61,108 nucleotides of DNA from an uncultured Caulobacterales bacterium (GCA_964342585.1 CAYFHK010000001.1:1-61108); one strand, 5' to 3'; shown: positions 46,912 to 58,552, counted from the stretch's first letter. Notes: a model not told the origin generated them from the letters alone. Numbers and translations are program-made.

Positions 46912-47429
46912 CAGGCGGCTCCTGGGGCCCGCGCAGCCCGCTCGCGCAGATAAAAGAAGAGCATCGCTGCCAACCGGTAAACGGCGATGGTCATGAATAA
47001 TTGGTAGATAAGCGGCAGCATTGGCAGCCATCCGCGTGCCAGAAGCGATTGCTCCACCCAGATGAGGCCGCCCACGCCCAACACGGCGACCGAAAAGGCA
47101 AGCCACACCACGCGCTGCAGCCGGCCATGCAGGTAATCAGATTGGCTGGTTACCAAGAAATGCAGCACCAAATAGGCTGACGGCCAAACCCCAAGCGCCG
47201 CACCATAAAGAAGATCATGCAGCAGCCCGCAAAAGAAAAGCACTGGCGCAGGCAAGGCTTCGGGTTCGTAGTTTCCATACAGAAAAATGATGATGAACGG
47301 CAGGATCGGCATGGGGAGCAGCCCGCCAAGAAGCCGAACCGGCACTTCCATAACCAGAATCGAAAACACCAGAGCCAATGTGGGGCCCATGGAGATCAAC
47401 ACTTTACGCAAACGCGAGACGTCAATCAT
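46911..47429 (-). CDS. mreD: Rod shape-determining protein MreD
   Basis: Hydrophobic protein with GLLHDLL.G..LG, located between mreC and mrdA. Confidence 0.88.
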   Translation of the reverse strand: MIDVSRLRKVLISMGPTLALVFSILVMEVPVRLLGGLLPMPILPFIIIFLYGNYEPEALPAPVLFFCGLLHDLLYGAALGVWPSAYLVLHFLVTSQSDYLHGRLQRVVWLAFSVAVLGVGGLIWVEQSLLARGWLPMLPLIYQLFMTIAVYRLAAMLFFYLRERAARAPGAA

Positions 47430-48294
47430 CGGTGCCCGTCTCCGCCACCTCGACGCCTGGAAAATCGAAATCGACCACCCGGACGAGATCTGGGGTGCGT
47501 TGGTTCGAATAGAGTTTGACGCGGATCTGGCCGCCGACCATCCGATCAACCTCGCCCACCGCAATGCCACGCGGCAAGACACCGCCCGCCCCTGAGGTGA
47601 CGAGACGTGTGCCGGGGGGGATCGTCCCAATATCGTCGGTCTCGAAGAATTCGAGAACCGGTGCCGAGGTGGCGCGACCTGATAACAACGCGTCGATCTC
47701 CATATCCTCGATCACCACGGGGATGGAGCTGGCATAGTCCGTGAGCAAAAGAATACGGGAGGCGTCCCTACCGGTGGTTACAACGTGGCCAAGCAGCCCC
47801 CCATCATCAATGACCGCGCTGCCCGATTTCACCCCCGTGTCGCGACCTGCACTGATGATCAAGGCATGATCGTAAGGGCCATTGTTCTCGCCGATCACTT
47901 GCGCATCGATGTAATCCGCGGGCTCGGGCAGCTGCGTGTCCAAAATGGTCTCGTAGTAGGCAATGCGGCGACGCAACGTCATCGCTTCCTGCATCCACAG
48001 GCGCAGATCCGCGTTCTCTTGGCGGAGCCGCTTATTCTCCGCGCGCAAACGGAAATAGTCGTCCACGCCGCCCATCCGATTATTCACGTAGCGCACGGGC
48101 GCGTTCAGCACTGTCAGCACCGGCGCAAAGGTATCAAGCACGGTCTCGCGTGCTTTCTCGAACACTGAGGCTTGCGCGCCGTACAGGCTGAACAAGATCA
48201 TGAAAAAGGAGAAAGCCAGGAAAAAGAGCGTGCCGAAGCGCCGCGTTTCCCGTCGACGCCCCCAGCTTTGCCGTATTTCACCCAGCACTAACAT
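47422..48294 (-). CDS. mreC: Rod shape-determining protein MreC
   Basis: TM helix, coiled coil LRAENKRL, SRILLLTD and TSG.GGV.P.GI.VG motifs. Confidence 0.95.
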   Translation of the reverse strand: MLVLGEIRQSWGRRRETRRFGTLFFLAFSFFMILFSLYGAQASVFEKARETVLDTFAPVLTVLNAPVRYVNNRMGGVDDYFRLRAENKRLRQENADLRLWMQEAMTLRRRIAYYETILDTQLPEPADYIDAQVIGENNGPYDHALIISAGRDTGVKSGSAVIDDGGLLGHVVTTGRDASRILLLTDYASSIPVVIEDMEIDALLSGRATSAPVLEFFETDDIGTIPPGTRLVTSGAGGVLPRGIAVGEVDRMVGGQIRVKLYSNQRTPDLVRVVDFDFPGVEVAETGTDD

Positions 48295-48446
48295 CTTCAA
48301 TCCACGGCTTGGCTGACGGGCAAATGGCAAGGCACCCTGGCCCGTAAAGGCTGCAATGACCCTGACCGATTGCAGCAAATGATCCAGGGCGCAAAAATAC
48401 GCGTGTTGCCCAAGGGGTGACAAGGGCCCATGCGCTCAATTCCCGC

Positions 48447-49490
<1,044 letters not shown>

Positions 49491-49623
49491 CTACACTTCT
49501 TAAAGGGGGAAGACTCTGGCACGCCCAGAGCGTCCCAATTTGATCGCCCTGGTGACCACTATGCCGGCGACGCCCTTATTTATGGTAAAAACCGAGCAGG
49601 ATTCCTGAAGAACTGGCAAGAAA

Positions 49624-50370
49624 CTATTCAGGGCCCAATCCCTTTAGCGTTGTCCGCCGCAGCCGCATATAGATTCGCCTGACGAACAGCAAAAACAACA
49701 GCCACACAACGATCAGCCCAACAATAATTGCGAGATCTTTGATGTCGCGACTTTGGAAGAAGCCCACCAGCTCGTCCACCTGTTGGGTGAAGACCGAAAT
49801 GAATAGGATTTTCGGCAAAATGCCGATGCCGGTGCCAACCCAAAATTTCCAGATGGCGATGTTCGCCGCCCCGCAAATGGCGTTGATGACAATGAACGGC
49901 GCGGAAGGGGTGACGCGCACAATCATACTGGCCAACAGCCCGTGATGGCGGACGACCTCGATCATCGTGGCAGCGCGGCCGGCACTCAAATTCTTCACGA
50001 AGCGTCCACCGAAGATGTGCCCCAGCATGAATGTCAGGGTGGAAGAGCACATCGTGGCGATCCAGGCGTTCACGGCGCCATCCCGCGCGCCGAAGACCGC
50101 CACCGTGCCCGCGATGAGGAGCGTTTGCGGAAACCCCGTCAGGGCGAGCGCACAGAAAACCGCGATCACGCCGATGAGCGCAAAAGGACTCTCCTCCACC
50201 TTGAACATGATGTTGTTGATCGCAGCCTGATCGAGCCCCAACCACTCAATGCCGTAAAACAGCATCAAAACGACGAAGCCCAACAGCGCGAGGGTGACCC
50301 CGAGCGATGTCGCTGCCCGAGCGTCCATATTGTTGAGAAACCGGCCGATCCGCCTGAACAGCGTAAACAT
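49624..50370 (-). CDS. TVP38/TMEM64 (VTT/DedA superfamily) membrane protein
   Basis: GFPQTLL..G..FG, R.TPSAPF..IN and GTGIGILPK motifs. Confidence 0.88.
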   Translation of the reverse strand: MFTLFRRIGRFLNNMDARAATSLGVTLALLGFVVLMLFYGIEWLGLDQAAINNIMFKVEESPFALIGVIAVFCALALTGFPQTLLIAGTVAVFGARDGAVNAWIATMCSSTLTFMLGHIFGGRFVKNLSAGRAATMIEVVRHHGLLASMIVRVTPSAPFIVINAICGAANIAIWKFWVGTGIGILPKILFISVFTQQVDELVGFFQSRDIKDLAIIVGLIVVWLLFLLFVRRIYMRLRRTTLKGLGPE

Positions 50371-50433
50371 TCACCCTCACACCCGCGCGCCTACTGGCCA
50401 ATGCGCATCAACAGCCGCTTATTTTCATCGATT

Positions 50434-53400
50434 CTACGGCTGCGCCGCGTCCGCCTGTTGAGCGGCTTCATATTCCTGCAATAGCTCAGGCGTCGACAAG
50501 AATTCCATCGCCTCATCGGTGCCGGCCTGCGTTTGTGCCTGACTAAGCAGCTCATCGCTGGAGGGCCGATCGAGCCCGATCGGTTCAAATATCCGACGGA
50601 AAATGCCCGGCGTCAGCGCAGTGAGCGTGTTCACCGAAATCGTCGGGCCCGCTGCCGGGCCGTCAATCCCATACGCAAAAGCAACCAGCCCCTCGCCTTT
50701 GCGCGAAACAAACAGATCGCCCAGGCCAGGTAAATTACCGAAAAAACTGTTCACCCCGTAAACGGGGGCGACGGCGCCAAACAGATCAATGTCGCTGCCG
50801 TTGAGCGCTAGTGATCCATTGGCCGAAATGCCAAGCGACGAGCCGGTAAGCCGCACATCGACCAACCGCAGCTCGCCGTCGCCCAACTGCAAATCGCCTT
50901 TGAAATCCGTGAAGGCGAGCCCTTCACCATTCACGGCATTGGCGAAGCCGTCGAGCGAGCCGATCGACAACAATTTGGCCACGAGCGGCGCGTTTTGGAT
51001 TTCGATATCCGCGGCCTCGAAATGCCCGACCATCGGCCCCTGTCGCAGCGCGGTCGCTTTCAAGAACGCCTCCCCGCCGGTCACAGAGGTGACCCCGGAC
51101 AAGCCGGTGACAAGCTGGCCGAAACGATCAGTGGCAATATGGATATCGCGACCAAGACCGGCGGGATTATCCATCACGGTGATGCCCACCATGCCTGTTT
51201 CATCAAGCGCAGCAGCTGCATCCAGCTGACGCAGGCCTCGCGCATCTAACTGACCCCGTGCCTCTAGACTTTCTAAGCTTAGACCATTGCGTAGCTCGAT
51301 CCGCTCGAGTGACGCATCGATATTCACGACCCCGCCTTCATTTGTCGGCTGCGCCTCAGGATCGGGCGTACTCGGCTGGTTCGTCAGCTGCTCTAAAATG
51401 GGGACCGCATTTAAATAAGTGCCGCTGACCGTCAGCCCGAAATCCTCCGCCGCCCGGCTGAGGCGCACGGACAAATCTGAGACGCCCTCGATGTAGAGCC
51501 GCGGCAGGTCGAGCTCGAGTAAGCCGCCCTCGGACGAAAATCGCGCTCCGCCTTCCACATTGGCAGAGGATGTGCTCAGCTGCATGGTCTCGGCGAGGAT
51601 GGGGCTCTCCGCGCTTTCGCGGGTGATCACGACGCGCGCCTCACCGTCTTCGCCAATTTCCTTTACCGGTGTCCCCGGAGTAATGGCCAAGCGGGCCTCG
51701 GCCAAGTCAGCGGCAATTTCGATACGATTGAAAAGATCTTTGTTCCCGGTAGCGGTGACGGTGGTATCGACAAAGCCATTGAAAAATCGCCTGATCGGCA
51801 ACCCAACTGCATCGGCAGCCCACGGATCAAGCCGCGCCCGTGCCCTCAAATACACAGGCTCGCTCTCGTCAAAGCCCCGCCGCCAAGTCACGTCAGCTGG
51901 CACGCCCTCCACCACCAACGTGCCGGCGATCGTCAAATCATCGCTGGTGAGAATAACGTCACCAACACCTTCCGTCGCACGGAGATTTGGACCAATGCCG
52001 TCGATCGTCAGCTTACCAAAGGTCCCTTTCCCGCTAAATCCATAGTCTTCGAGCGGCACGAAGCTGAGAAGTGGACGACTCACCTCCAGCGAAAAGCGAC
52101 CCTCCCCACTGAACTGGGACGGCTCCAGCCCCGCTTTGGTGAGATAACCGAGCGGCTGTTCGTTGAGAATGGTGAGAATGTCGAGCAATTCGCCCGCAAA
52201 CTGTGCCTTGAAGATCGCAGGCGCCCCCTTCGGCACGAATTGATCCATCTCGATGGCCCCGTCGATCACGCTTACAGGGCCAACGCGGCCGCCTTGGGCA
52301 TCGAGGTGAAAACTGTTGCCCTGAATTCGCCCTTGGCCCGAAAGGCCTTCGATTGGCGTCATGCCGGGCACATAAATGATGGTGGCGTTGCGTGCGTCGA
52401 ATGTGAGGTCGATTCGCTCAGCCGCCAGCGCTTCACCGGCTGTTAAGGCGCCGCGCGGCAAATCCATGTTATACCGAACATTGTAAAGCTCCGCCTGCGG
52501 CAGATTTCGCTCCACCCAATCGCGCGCATCTGGCGCCGCTAAGACCGGCCATCCCCGCAGCACCTGCTCAGGCGACAAATCACCTTGGACGCGCAGGTCC
52601 GCGGTCAGGCCTGGACTTTCGCCTTCAGTAAGCGGAAGGGCAAAGGAAAGCGTGCCCGCAACGCGCGCGCCAAAATAGTCGGCGTCCAGTGTTTCGAGGA
52701 CCAGATCGCGCCCCACCAAGTCATAATACCCTTCAAGACGCGCATCATCGATGGGTAATGGCGCCGCGAGCAGCCCCGCCGGCTCCATCACAAGCGCCTG
52801 GGCGTTGATGGCAAAGTCGAGCCCTATAAGCGCGCCTTGCTTCTGAACAAAAGCGACGAGACCCGCGACGGTGCCCTGATTGCCCGCAATATCGTAGGAT
52901 AGCTCGGCAACATCCATCTGCCCTGTACTTGGCTCGAAAACACTCTTCGTCTGAATAGAGACGATCTTAAGAGCCGCGTCGCGTACCGTTAGCGTCCCTT
53001 CACCCACCTCCATATCTACGTCTAGATTCTTGATCCCGCGCGAAAGCGATCCGTGTGCGGCAAGTGTACCGGACATGGGTGCATCCAGATCGATCTGAGG
53101 ATCGTCACCGGTGAAAATCGGTAAGATCGCGCCGGCCGGCGCCGCTATTGCGGTGATCAGCGCCTCAACGGTGTCTGCTGCCAAATCCGTCGTGACATCA
53201 AGACGCAGAACATCGCCGCCCCCTTCCCGTCCGCTCGGCACATTCAGCACGAAGCTGTACGCCTCTCCATCCTGACGCAACACAGCATTGCCGTCCTGTA
53301 CTTCGAAGACCGTTTGCGACTCTGTATTCCTGTAAGTCAGGTCGACATCGCGAAGCATCGCGCCTTCGAACCCCGCGGCCCTGGCCCGCGTGAGCAAATC

Positions 53401-53877
53401 GGCGATGTCGAGCGGGCCAGCTCCCCCCATCCGTCCACCGAGCGATAGGCCGGATGCCGTCCCCTCAACTGAAAGGTGGATGCCTTCGACCTCGATGAAT
53501 TCAGGAAAGAAGGAGCCTTCGAGCAAACTTTGCATATCCATCCTTATAGAGACGGATGGAATCTGTAGATTGCTCTCTTCGCCACGATCGATGACGATAT
53601 CCGTGACTAGCAACTCAAAAGGTGCCGCGCTGTTCCGGTCTGGGAGAACGGCGATGTCGCCGATCGACACCTCACCGCCAGTACGCGCTTCAATCCCGCT
53701 GACGATCGCTGGCTCTAGGAGGCGGAGCGACCAGCCGGATTGACCAAAGATCGCCAACAACAAAAACGCCAACGCGGAAAAAGCAGCGCCCGCAAGACTG
53801 GCCGCGCGCAATAGCCATCGGCTGGTCGATCCGCATGCCCGACCGAAGCGGGCTGCATGGGCCTTGCGGTCAGCCAT
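50434..53877 (-). CDS. AsmA-like / YhdP (DUF3971, AsmA_2) lipid-bridge protein
   Basis: About 1150 aa, N-terminal TM helix, beta-rich, WP...AR.WV motif, C-terminal P.YGVN..G..P..GEG..VN.L..LTPGIFRRIF. Confidence 0.88.
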   Translation of the reverse strand: MADRKAHAARFGRACGSTSRWLLRAASLAGAAFSALAFLLLAIFGQSGWSLRLLEPAIVSGIEARTGGEVSIGDIAVLPDRNSAAPFELLVTDIVIDRGEESNLQIPSVSIRMDMQSLLEGSFFPEFIEVEGIHLSVEGTASGLSLGGRMGGAGPLDIADLLTRARAAGFEGAMLRDVDLTYRNTESQTVFEVQDGNAVLRQDGEAYSFVLNVPSGREGGGDVLRLDVTTDLAADTVEALITAIAAPAGAILPIFTGDDPQIDLDAPMSGTLAAHGSLSRGIKNLDVDMEVGEGTLTVRDAALKIVSIQTKSVFEPSTGQMDVAELSYDIAGNQGTVAGLVAFVQKQGALIGLDFAINAQALVMEPAGLLAAPLPIDDARLEGYYDLVGRDLVLETLDADYFGARVAGTLSFALPLTEGESPGLTADLRVQGDLSPEQVLRGWPVLAAPDARDWVERNLPQAELYNVRYNMDLPRGALTAGEALAAERIDLTFDARNATIIYVPGMTPIEGLSGQGRIQGNSFHLDAQGGRVGPVSVIDGAIEMDQFVPKGAPAIFKAQFAGELLDILTILNEQPLGYLTKAGLEPSQFSGEGRFSLEVSRPLLSFVPLEDYGFSGKGTFGKLTIDGIGPNLRATEGVGDVILTSDDLTIAGTLVVEGVPADVTWRRGFDESEPVYLRARARLDPWAADAVGLPIRRFFNGFVDTTVTATGNKDLFNRIEIAADLAEARLAITPGTPVKEIGEDGEARVVITRESAESPILAETMQLSTSSANVEGGARFSSEGGLLELDLPRLYIEGVSDLSVRLSRAAEDFGLTVSGTYLNAVPILEQLTNQPSTPDPEAQPTNEGGVVNIDASLERIELRNGLSLESLEARGQLDARGLRQLDAAAALDETGMVGITVMDNPAGLGRDIHIATDRFGQLVTGLSGVTSVTGGEAFLKATALRQGPMVGHFEAADIEIQNAPLVAKLLSIGSLDGFANAVNGEGLAFTDFKGDLQLGDGELRLVDVRLTGSSLGISANGSLALNGSDIDLFGAVAPVYGVNSFFGNLPGLGDLFVSRKGEGLVAFAYGIDGPAAGPTISVNTLTALTPGIFRRIFEPIGLDRPSSDELLSQAQTQAGTDEAMEFLSTPELLQEYEAAQQADAAQP

Positions 53878-54072
53878 GCCGTGCATCACCCGCCCAGCGC
53901 TTGCCCTCGCCGGTGGTATGGAGATGGCCTGCCCTGCCCATCCGAATGCCTTCCGTCAAAGCGTGATTTCATAACGTCACTTGCAGGGATGGTGCAACCG
54001 CCGCATTGGACACCTAACCGCTTTTCCATAAACGGGTTTTGAAAACCACGCATGACACAATGGAGGCGACTT

Positions 54073-54537
54073 TTGGTTTCGATTGGCGATCCAGCACCGG
54101 CATTTGATCTCCCCGCAGCGCCCAGCGGCAAAGCGAAGCTGGCCGACTATAAAGGCAAATGGCTCGTCCTTTATTTCTATCCCAAGGACGACACCTCAGG
54201 CTGCACGAAGCAAGCCATTGCTTTCACCGAACACCACAAGGACTTCGAGAAGGCGGGTGCGAAGGTTCTCGGCGTTTCGAAAGATAGCATCGCTCGGCAT
54301 GAACGGTTCCGCGAAAAACATGAGCTGGGTATTGATCTGGCCTCTGACGAAGACGGACAAATGCTTGAGGCCTACGGCGTGTGGGTCGAAAAGAAGATGT
54401 ACGGCAGAACCTTCATGGGGATCGAGCGGTCAACTCTTCTCATCGATCCCAAGGGAAAGGTCCATGAAATCTGGCGGAAGGTGAAGGTCGCCGGGCACAT
54501 CGAGGCGGTGCTCGCCGCTCTGAATGAGGCAACGTGA
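54073..54537 (+). CDS. bcp: Peroxiredoxin Q / Bcp
   Basis: LYFYPKDDTSGCT and KKMYGR..GIERST motifs. TTG start at 54073 lies 6 nt after GGAGG. Confidence 0.93.
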   Translation: MVSIGDPAPAFDLPAAPSGKAKLADYKGKWLVLYFYPKDDTSGCTKQAIAFTEHHKDFEKAGAKVLGVSKDSIARHERFREKHELGIDLASDEDGQMLEAYGVWVEKKMYGRTFMGIERSTLLIDPKGKVHEIWRKVKVAGHIEAVLAALNEAT

Positions 54538-55340
54538 CCAGCGCCAGATCAGTTTTTTCATCGCTCGCGGAGGTTCTGACCACGGTAGATCCGTGGGACA
54601 AGGCAGCGTGCATGCGGACGGTCGCCGCTGACTTTCGAGCGGGCGATCTGCCGGTGTTGGACGATCAGGACGCTTGGCCAGAGCCTGCATCGCGGCAGCG
54701 GCCACCCCTACGGCCACCCTCAGAGATGCGGAGGCGCGGCCTTGGCAGTGTGGCGGGACGCTGCGCGCTCCTGCACGCAGTGGCGCATATCGAGCTCAAC
54801 GCCATTGACCTTGCCACGGATATGGCCGGTCGGTTCGCCCACGAATTGCCGACTTCGATGCGCGACGCTTTCGTTAGCGACTGGATCAGCGTGGCCGACG
54901 ACGAAGCCCGCCATTTCGTGATGGTGGCAGATCGCCTCGAAGCGCTCGGCAGCGCGTATGGTGCGCTCCCGGCCCATGACGGGTTATGGCAAGCCGCGCG
55001 CCGAACACGTCACGATGTATTGGCGCGGTTGGTGATCGCCCCCCTCGTTCTCGAGGCACGCGGGCTCGATGTGACACCGAACATGATTAACGGTCTGACC
55101 CGCGCCGGGGATATCGAGAGCGCAAACGTCCTCAAACAAATTCATGAGGAAGAAATCGGCCATGTGGCCATGGGCCGAAAATGGCTTGAACGACTATGCG
55201 CGAGGGATGACATCGATGTCGCGGCGCACTTCGCCGCCATGGTCGAAGCCCACTTTCCGGGCGGCTTGAAAGAGCCCTTCAATGCAGAGGCGCGGCGGGC
55301 CAGCGGCATGCCAGCCGACTGGTATGAGGGCCTGAGTTAA
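54534..55340 (+). CDS. Ferritin-like domain protein (DUF455)
   Basis: LLHAVAHIELNAIDL, DEARHF, LEARGLD and EEIGHV motifs; GTGA overlap with bcp. Confidence 0.92.
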   Translation: MTSARSVFSSLAEVLTTVDPWDKAACMRTVAADFRAGDLPVLDDQDAWPEPASRQRPPLRPPSEMRRRGLGSVAGRCALLHAVAHIELNAIDLATDMAGRFAHELPTSMRDAFVSDWISVADDEARHFVMVADRLEALGSAYGALPAHDGLWQAARRTRHDVLARLVIAPLVLEARGLDVTPNMINGLTRAGDIESANVLKQIHEEEIGHVAMGRKWLERLCARDDIDVAAHFAAMVEAHFPGGLKEPFNAEARRASGMPADWYEGLS

Positions 55341-55554
55341 GGGGTCTGGGCATCGTTTACGACGCGTGAACGGCCTTTCGGTGAATTCGCGTTTTACCTT
55401 CAAACGGGTTTAATAAAACTCCGATAGGTTCCCCCAGCGGCCTTGCCATCATACCCCTTTCTGTGTGTTATTATCTCACAGCGGAGGGCACGCTGGTTAG
55501 GGTTGTGATTTTAAGAAAAACCCCTAACGTTCGATAGGGTATAGGGATCGGTTC

Positions 55555-56877
55555 ATGGCACGGGATCAGGGTCGAGTTGGGCGCGCGTTTGGTCGCCTTT
55601 TTCGCGAACGCCAGATCTACCACCGTTCCGACGGTATCGTTCGTTTCGTTAAGCTTTCTGCGCGGACGCAGATCGCAATGGCGGCGGTTTTAGGGGCATC
55701 GCTCCTCTGGGTCGCTTATGCGTCCGTGAACGTCGTATTTAAAGAACAAATCATCGTCTCCAAAGATCAAGAACGGCGCGACCAGGAAGCTGCCTATCGC
55801 CGCCGCCTTCAGATCTCGGAGACTGCGTATGACCGTGTCAGCGCACAGAACTTCATCTACGCCCGTCAGTTCGACGACGCGATCACTGACCTAAAAAGTC
55901 AGCATGAAGAGCTTCAGTCGCTGGTCGAGAACAAGTCTTCAGTCGATCGTCGCATTGAAGCGTTGGCAGAGACCCTCTCTGCGACGGGCGCGCCGGGTGG
56001 CCGCAAGCCAGAGTCGAGCAACCGGCTCATGATCGATCCTGTCGGGCGCGAACCCACGCCTCGTCAGTCACGCATCTCCGCTCTCCGCGATGAAGCTTTG
56101 CGCAGCACGATGAATTCGCGCGTCGCTACCGAGATCGACGATGAAGTCCTCCAAAAGATGCGCCGCGAAGCGGCCGAGCTGTCTTCGCGCCAAGTCGTCC
56201 TGATGGCGATTTTGGAAGAGGATATGCGCCGCCACATGCGTGAGGTTGGCCGGATTTTGGAGCACACGGGTGTGAACATCGACCAATTGGTTGAACGGCA
56301 CCGGGTGGCCGAAGTCCCCGAACCCGTGGACGACTATTCAGGCACGGGCGGTCCGCTGATCGAGCCGCAGACAATTGCCCCTGCCGCCTATTTTAAGAGT
56401 GCCGCGCGCATCGATCAAATCCTCAATGAAATGGCCTCGATGCATTCAACGCTTGAAGCCATTCCCCTCTCAGCACCCGTCATCGCCCGTCACCGGATGA
56501 CGTCGCGCTTCGGCTATCGCTGGGACCCTCTTCAGAAAAACGTCCGTGCCGCGCATAAAGGCTTGGACTTCGCGGCACCGCGCAACACGCCGATTGTTGC
56601 GACTGCACCTGGGCGTGTTTCATACGCGGGCAATCGGGGCGGTTTCGGGCGGACGGTTGAGATCGACCACGGTAACGGCATCAAGACACGCTATGCCCAC
56701 CTCAACCGTATTTCTGTTCGCGCAGGGCAGCGCGTGAACTTACACGATCAAATCGGACTGATGGGCAGTACGGGCCGAAGCACGGGCAATCACGTGCACT
56801 ATGAGGTGATCTACCGGGGGCGGCAGATCGATCCTCTGAAATTCATCGAGGCAGGACGTTATGTTTTCGAAAGCTAA
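55555..56877 (+). CDS. M23 peptidoglycan endopeptidase (LmdC-like)
   Basis: TM helix, coiled coil, HKGLD, YAHL and GRSTGNHVHYEV; overlaps the bactofilin start. Confidence 0.93.
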   Translation: MARDQGRVGRAFGRLFRERQIYHRSDGIVRFVKLSARTQIAMAAVLGASLLWVAYASVNVVFKEQIIVSKDQERRDQEAAYRRRLQISETAYDRVSAQNFIYARQFDDAITDLKSQHEELQSLVENKSSVDRRIEALAETLSATGAPGGRKPESSNRLMIDPVGREPTPRQSRISALRDEALRSTMNSRVATEIDDEVLQKMRREAAELSSRQVVLMAILEEDMRRHMREVGRILEHTGVNIDQLVERHRVAEVPEPVDDYSGTGGPLIEPQTIAPAAYFKSAARIDQILNEMASMHSTLEAIPLSAPVIARHRMTSRFGYRWDPLQKNVRAAHKGLDFAAPRNTPIVATAPGRVSYAGNRGGFGRTVEIDHGNGIKTRYAHLNRISVRAGQRVNLHDQIGLMGSTGRSTGNHVHYEVIYRGRQIDPLKFIEAGRYVFES

Positions 56878-57601
56878 GGGCAAAGAAAAGAGCACGGGGC
56901 CGTCTCACGCGGCGACCGAGCCGGTTGACCGCGATGGTGCAAAACGCACCAGCTCGCCACAAACAACGAAGGCGGCTGCTGGCCGCAGCCGACCCGCCGC
57001 GCGTTCAGGCGGCGTGCCCTCTATCGTTTCCGGCGATATGATCATCCGCGGCGCCATCGAGTCCGCCGGCGAGATTCAATTCGACGGCGAAATCGAAGGC
57101 GACATCCGCGCCAAAGGATTGGTGATCGGCGAAGGCGCCAAAGTGACCGGTGAAGTGGTCGCCGAGAAGGTGCGCGTTTGCGGCATCGTCGAGGGCGCCA
57201 TTCGCGCCGTCGAAGTCGAGCTTGCCGCATCTGCGTTCGTAAAAGGCGATATCACGCACACATCTCTTTCGATTGAGAGTGGCGCGCGCTTTGAAGGGAA
57301 TTGTCGCCATGCTGACGATCCGATCGAGGACGCCTCGCCTTCATCGCAAGCGCCAAAACCAGCACCGCCGCGTCCTACGCCGCCAAAGCCCGGCCCCCCA
57401 GGTCCTGGCAATGCAGAAGTGACGAACGCTGCGGGTCATCAACCGGCGCATCCGAATACCGTCGCCGGTCAGGCAGCGGCGCGTGATCGACTGCCACAGG
57501 TCGGCCAGGGCGGACAGAGCCGTGAATTGATGCCGCAACGCCAAGAACCGGCAGCGGATCGGTCATTTGTGGCGAAGCCCGCGGCGGCTGACCTCCGCTA
57601 A
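56861..57601 (+). CDS. bacA: Bactofilin (polymer-forming cytoskeletal protein)
   Basis: MFSK N-terminus, PSIVS..G.IEGDI..V.GDI..L.IE.GA.FEG bactofilin core, Pro-rich tail. Confidence 0.9.
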   Translation: MFSKAKGKEKSTGPSHAATEPVDRDGAKRTSSPQTTKAAAGRSRPAARSGGVPSIVSGDMIIRGAIESAGEIQFDGEIEGDIRAKGLVIGEGAKVTGEVVAEKVRVCGIVEGAIRAVEVELAASAFVKGDITHTSLSIESGARFEGNCRHADDPIEDASPSSQAPKPAPPRPTPPKPGPPGPGNAEVTNAAGHQPAHPNTVAGQAAARDRLPQVGQGGQSRELMPQRQEPAADRSFVAKPAAADLR

Positions 57602-57622
57602 GACACCCTATTTCTTCCTGGG

Positions 57623-57662
57623 CAAGAAAACGGCGCGTGCATCAGCAGCGCCGTTTTTCTTT
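57623..57662. terminator. Bidirectional rho-independent terminator
   Basis: AAAACGGCGC..GCGCCGTTTT between convergent genes. Confidence 0.8.
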
Positions 57663-57670
57663 GGGTTCGG

Positions 57671-58552
57671 CTATTCGAGAATAACCGGTCTCAAATGAAC
57701 TTCCGACGGCGCCGCGTAATCGGCGATGGCGTAGGTCGCAAACCCAGCTGAGCCGCCGCGGGCCCGAGCGGTGACGTAGAGCAAGATCTCGCCCTCACCA
57801 TCATCGTCAAAGTCCGCATGCGCAATATCATGCAGCCGCGCCGTCACCTCAGGCGCCTCAAGCTGCCACAGTCGAGGATCTTCCGTAGACCGCTTTAAGG
57901 CTGGCGCCTCTTCGAAGCTATCGTTCAGCGCGGGCCACTGCGTTTCCGGAATGCGCGAGAAATCCTGTTGGCTGAGCATGTCATCGGAGAAACGCGAGAA
58001 ACGGGCTGGCGCTGCCAGCCGGGCCAACGACATGAGCCCACAAAACTCTAAGAACCGGCTTTCACGCACCATGTCCGCCGAGCTCATCGCTCCCATGCCC
58101 TTTCGCCTTGCGGCGATGAAACCGTCACAGGTTTCGATGGCCTCTGGGGGCGCAGCAAAGTCTTCCGGGTCCGCCATATTCAACGACACCGCCCGCCACT
58201 CTCCGGTGGCCACTGAGCGATCAAAGGGCCGCGCCTCGCCGGAGAGCAGCGCTTCCCGGCTGGTGCAGCCATCTTCGGTGCGCACAATCCGCGGGAAGCA
58301 GAATTTGACGTCATCTGCCGCCGACGCGACCGACGAGGTCCCGTCCCCGGTGTTGGGCAATTCAAACGACACGTTGAGCGGATCCGCGACTGGGCTGGAT
58401 GAGGGCGCGGCGTCGCTCGCGCGCTCGACCACACCGGGCGCCACGCCCAGCGGGGCGCCGCCATCGGTGCCCGTCACCACGGTCGAGACACCGCCGATCA
58501 CGGCCGCCGCGCCGGCGACCAAACCGCCATATTTCCATCGCGCATCGATCAT
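57671..58552 (-). CDS. Hypothetical membrane-anchored/periplasmic protein
   Basis: N-terminal TM helix, four Cys residues and a DFDDDGEGE motif; downstream of DUF1489. Confidence 0.7.
   Translation of the reverse strand: MIDARWKYGGLVAGAAAVIGGVSTVVTGTDGGAPLGVAPGVVERASDAAPSSSPVADPLNVSFELPNTGDGTSSVASAADDVKFCFPRIVRTEDGCTSREALLSGEARPFDRSVATGEWRAVSLNMADPEDFAAPPEAIETCDGFIAARRKGMGAMSSADMVRESRFLEFCGLMSLARLAAPARFSRFSDDMLSQQDFSRIPETQWPALNDSFEEAPALKRSTEDPRLWQLEAPEVTARLHDIAHADFDDDGEGEILLYVTARARGGSAGFATYAIADYAAPSEVHLRPVILE

Noticed and set aside
46912-47106. Extended mrdA N-terminus in the ORF track
   Set aside because: It overlaps mreD; a coupled TGATG start at 46911 fits better.
49514-49532. TGGCACG-N4-GAGC sigma54-like motif upstream of mreB
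   Set aside because: Wrong orientation for mreB, poor -12 element, and better explained as a CTCTGG..CCAGAG hairpin.
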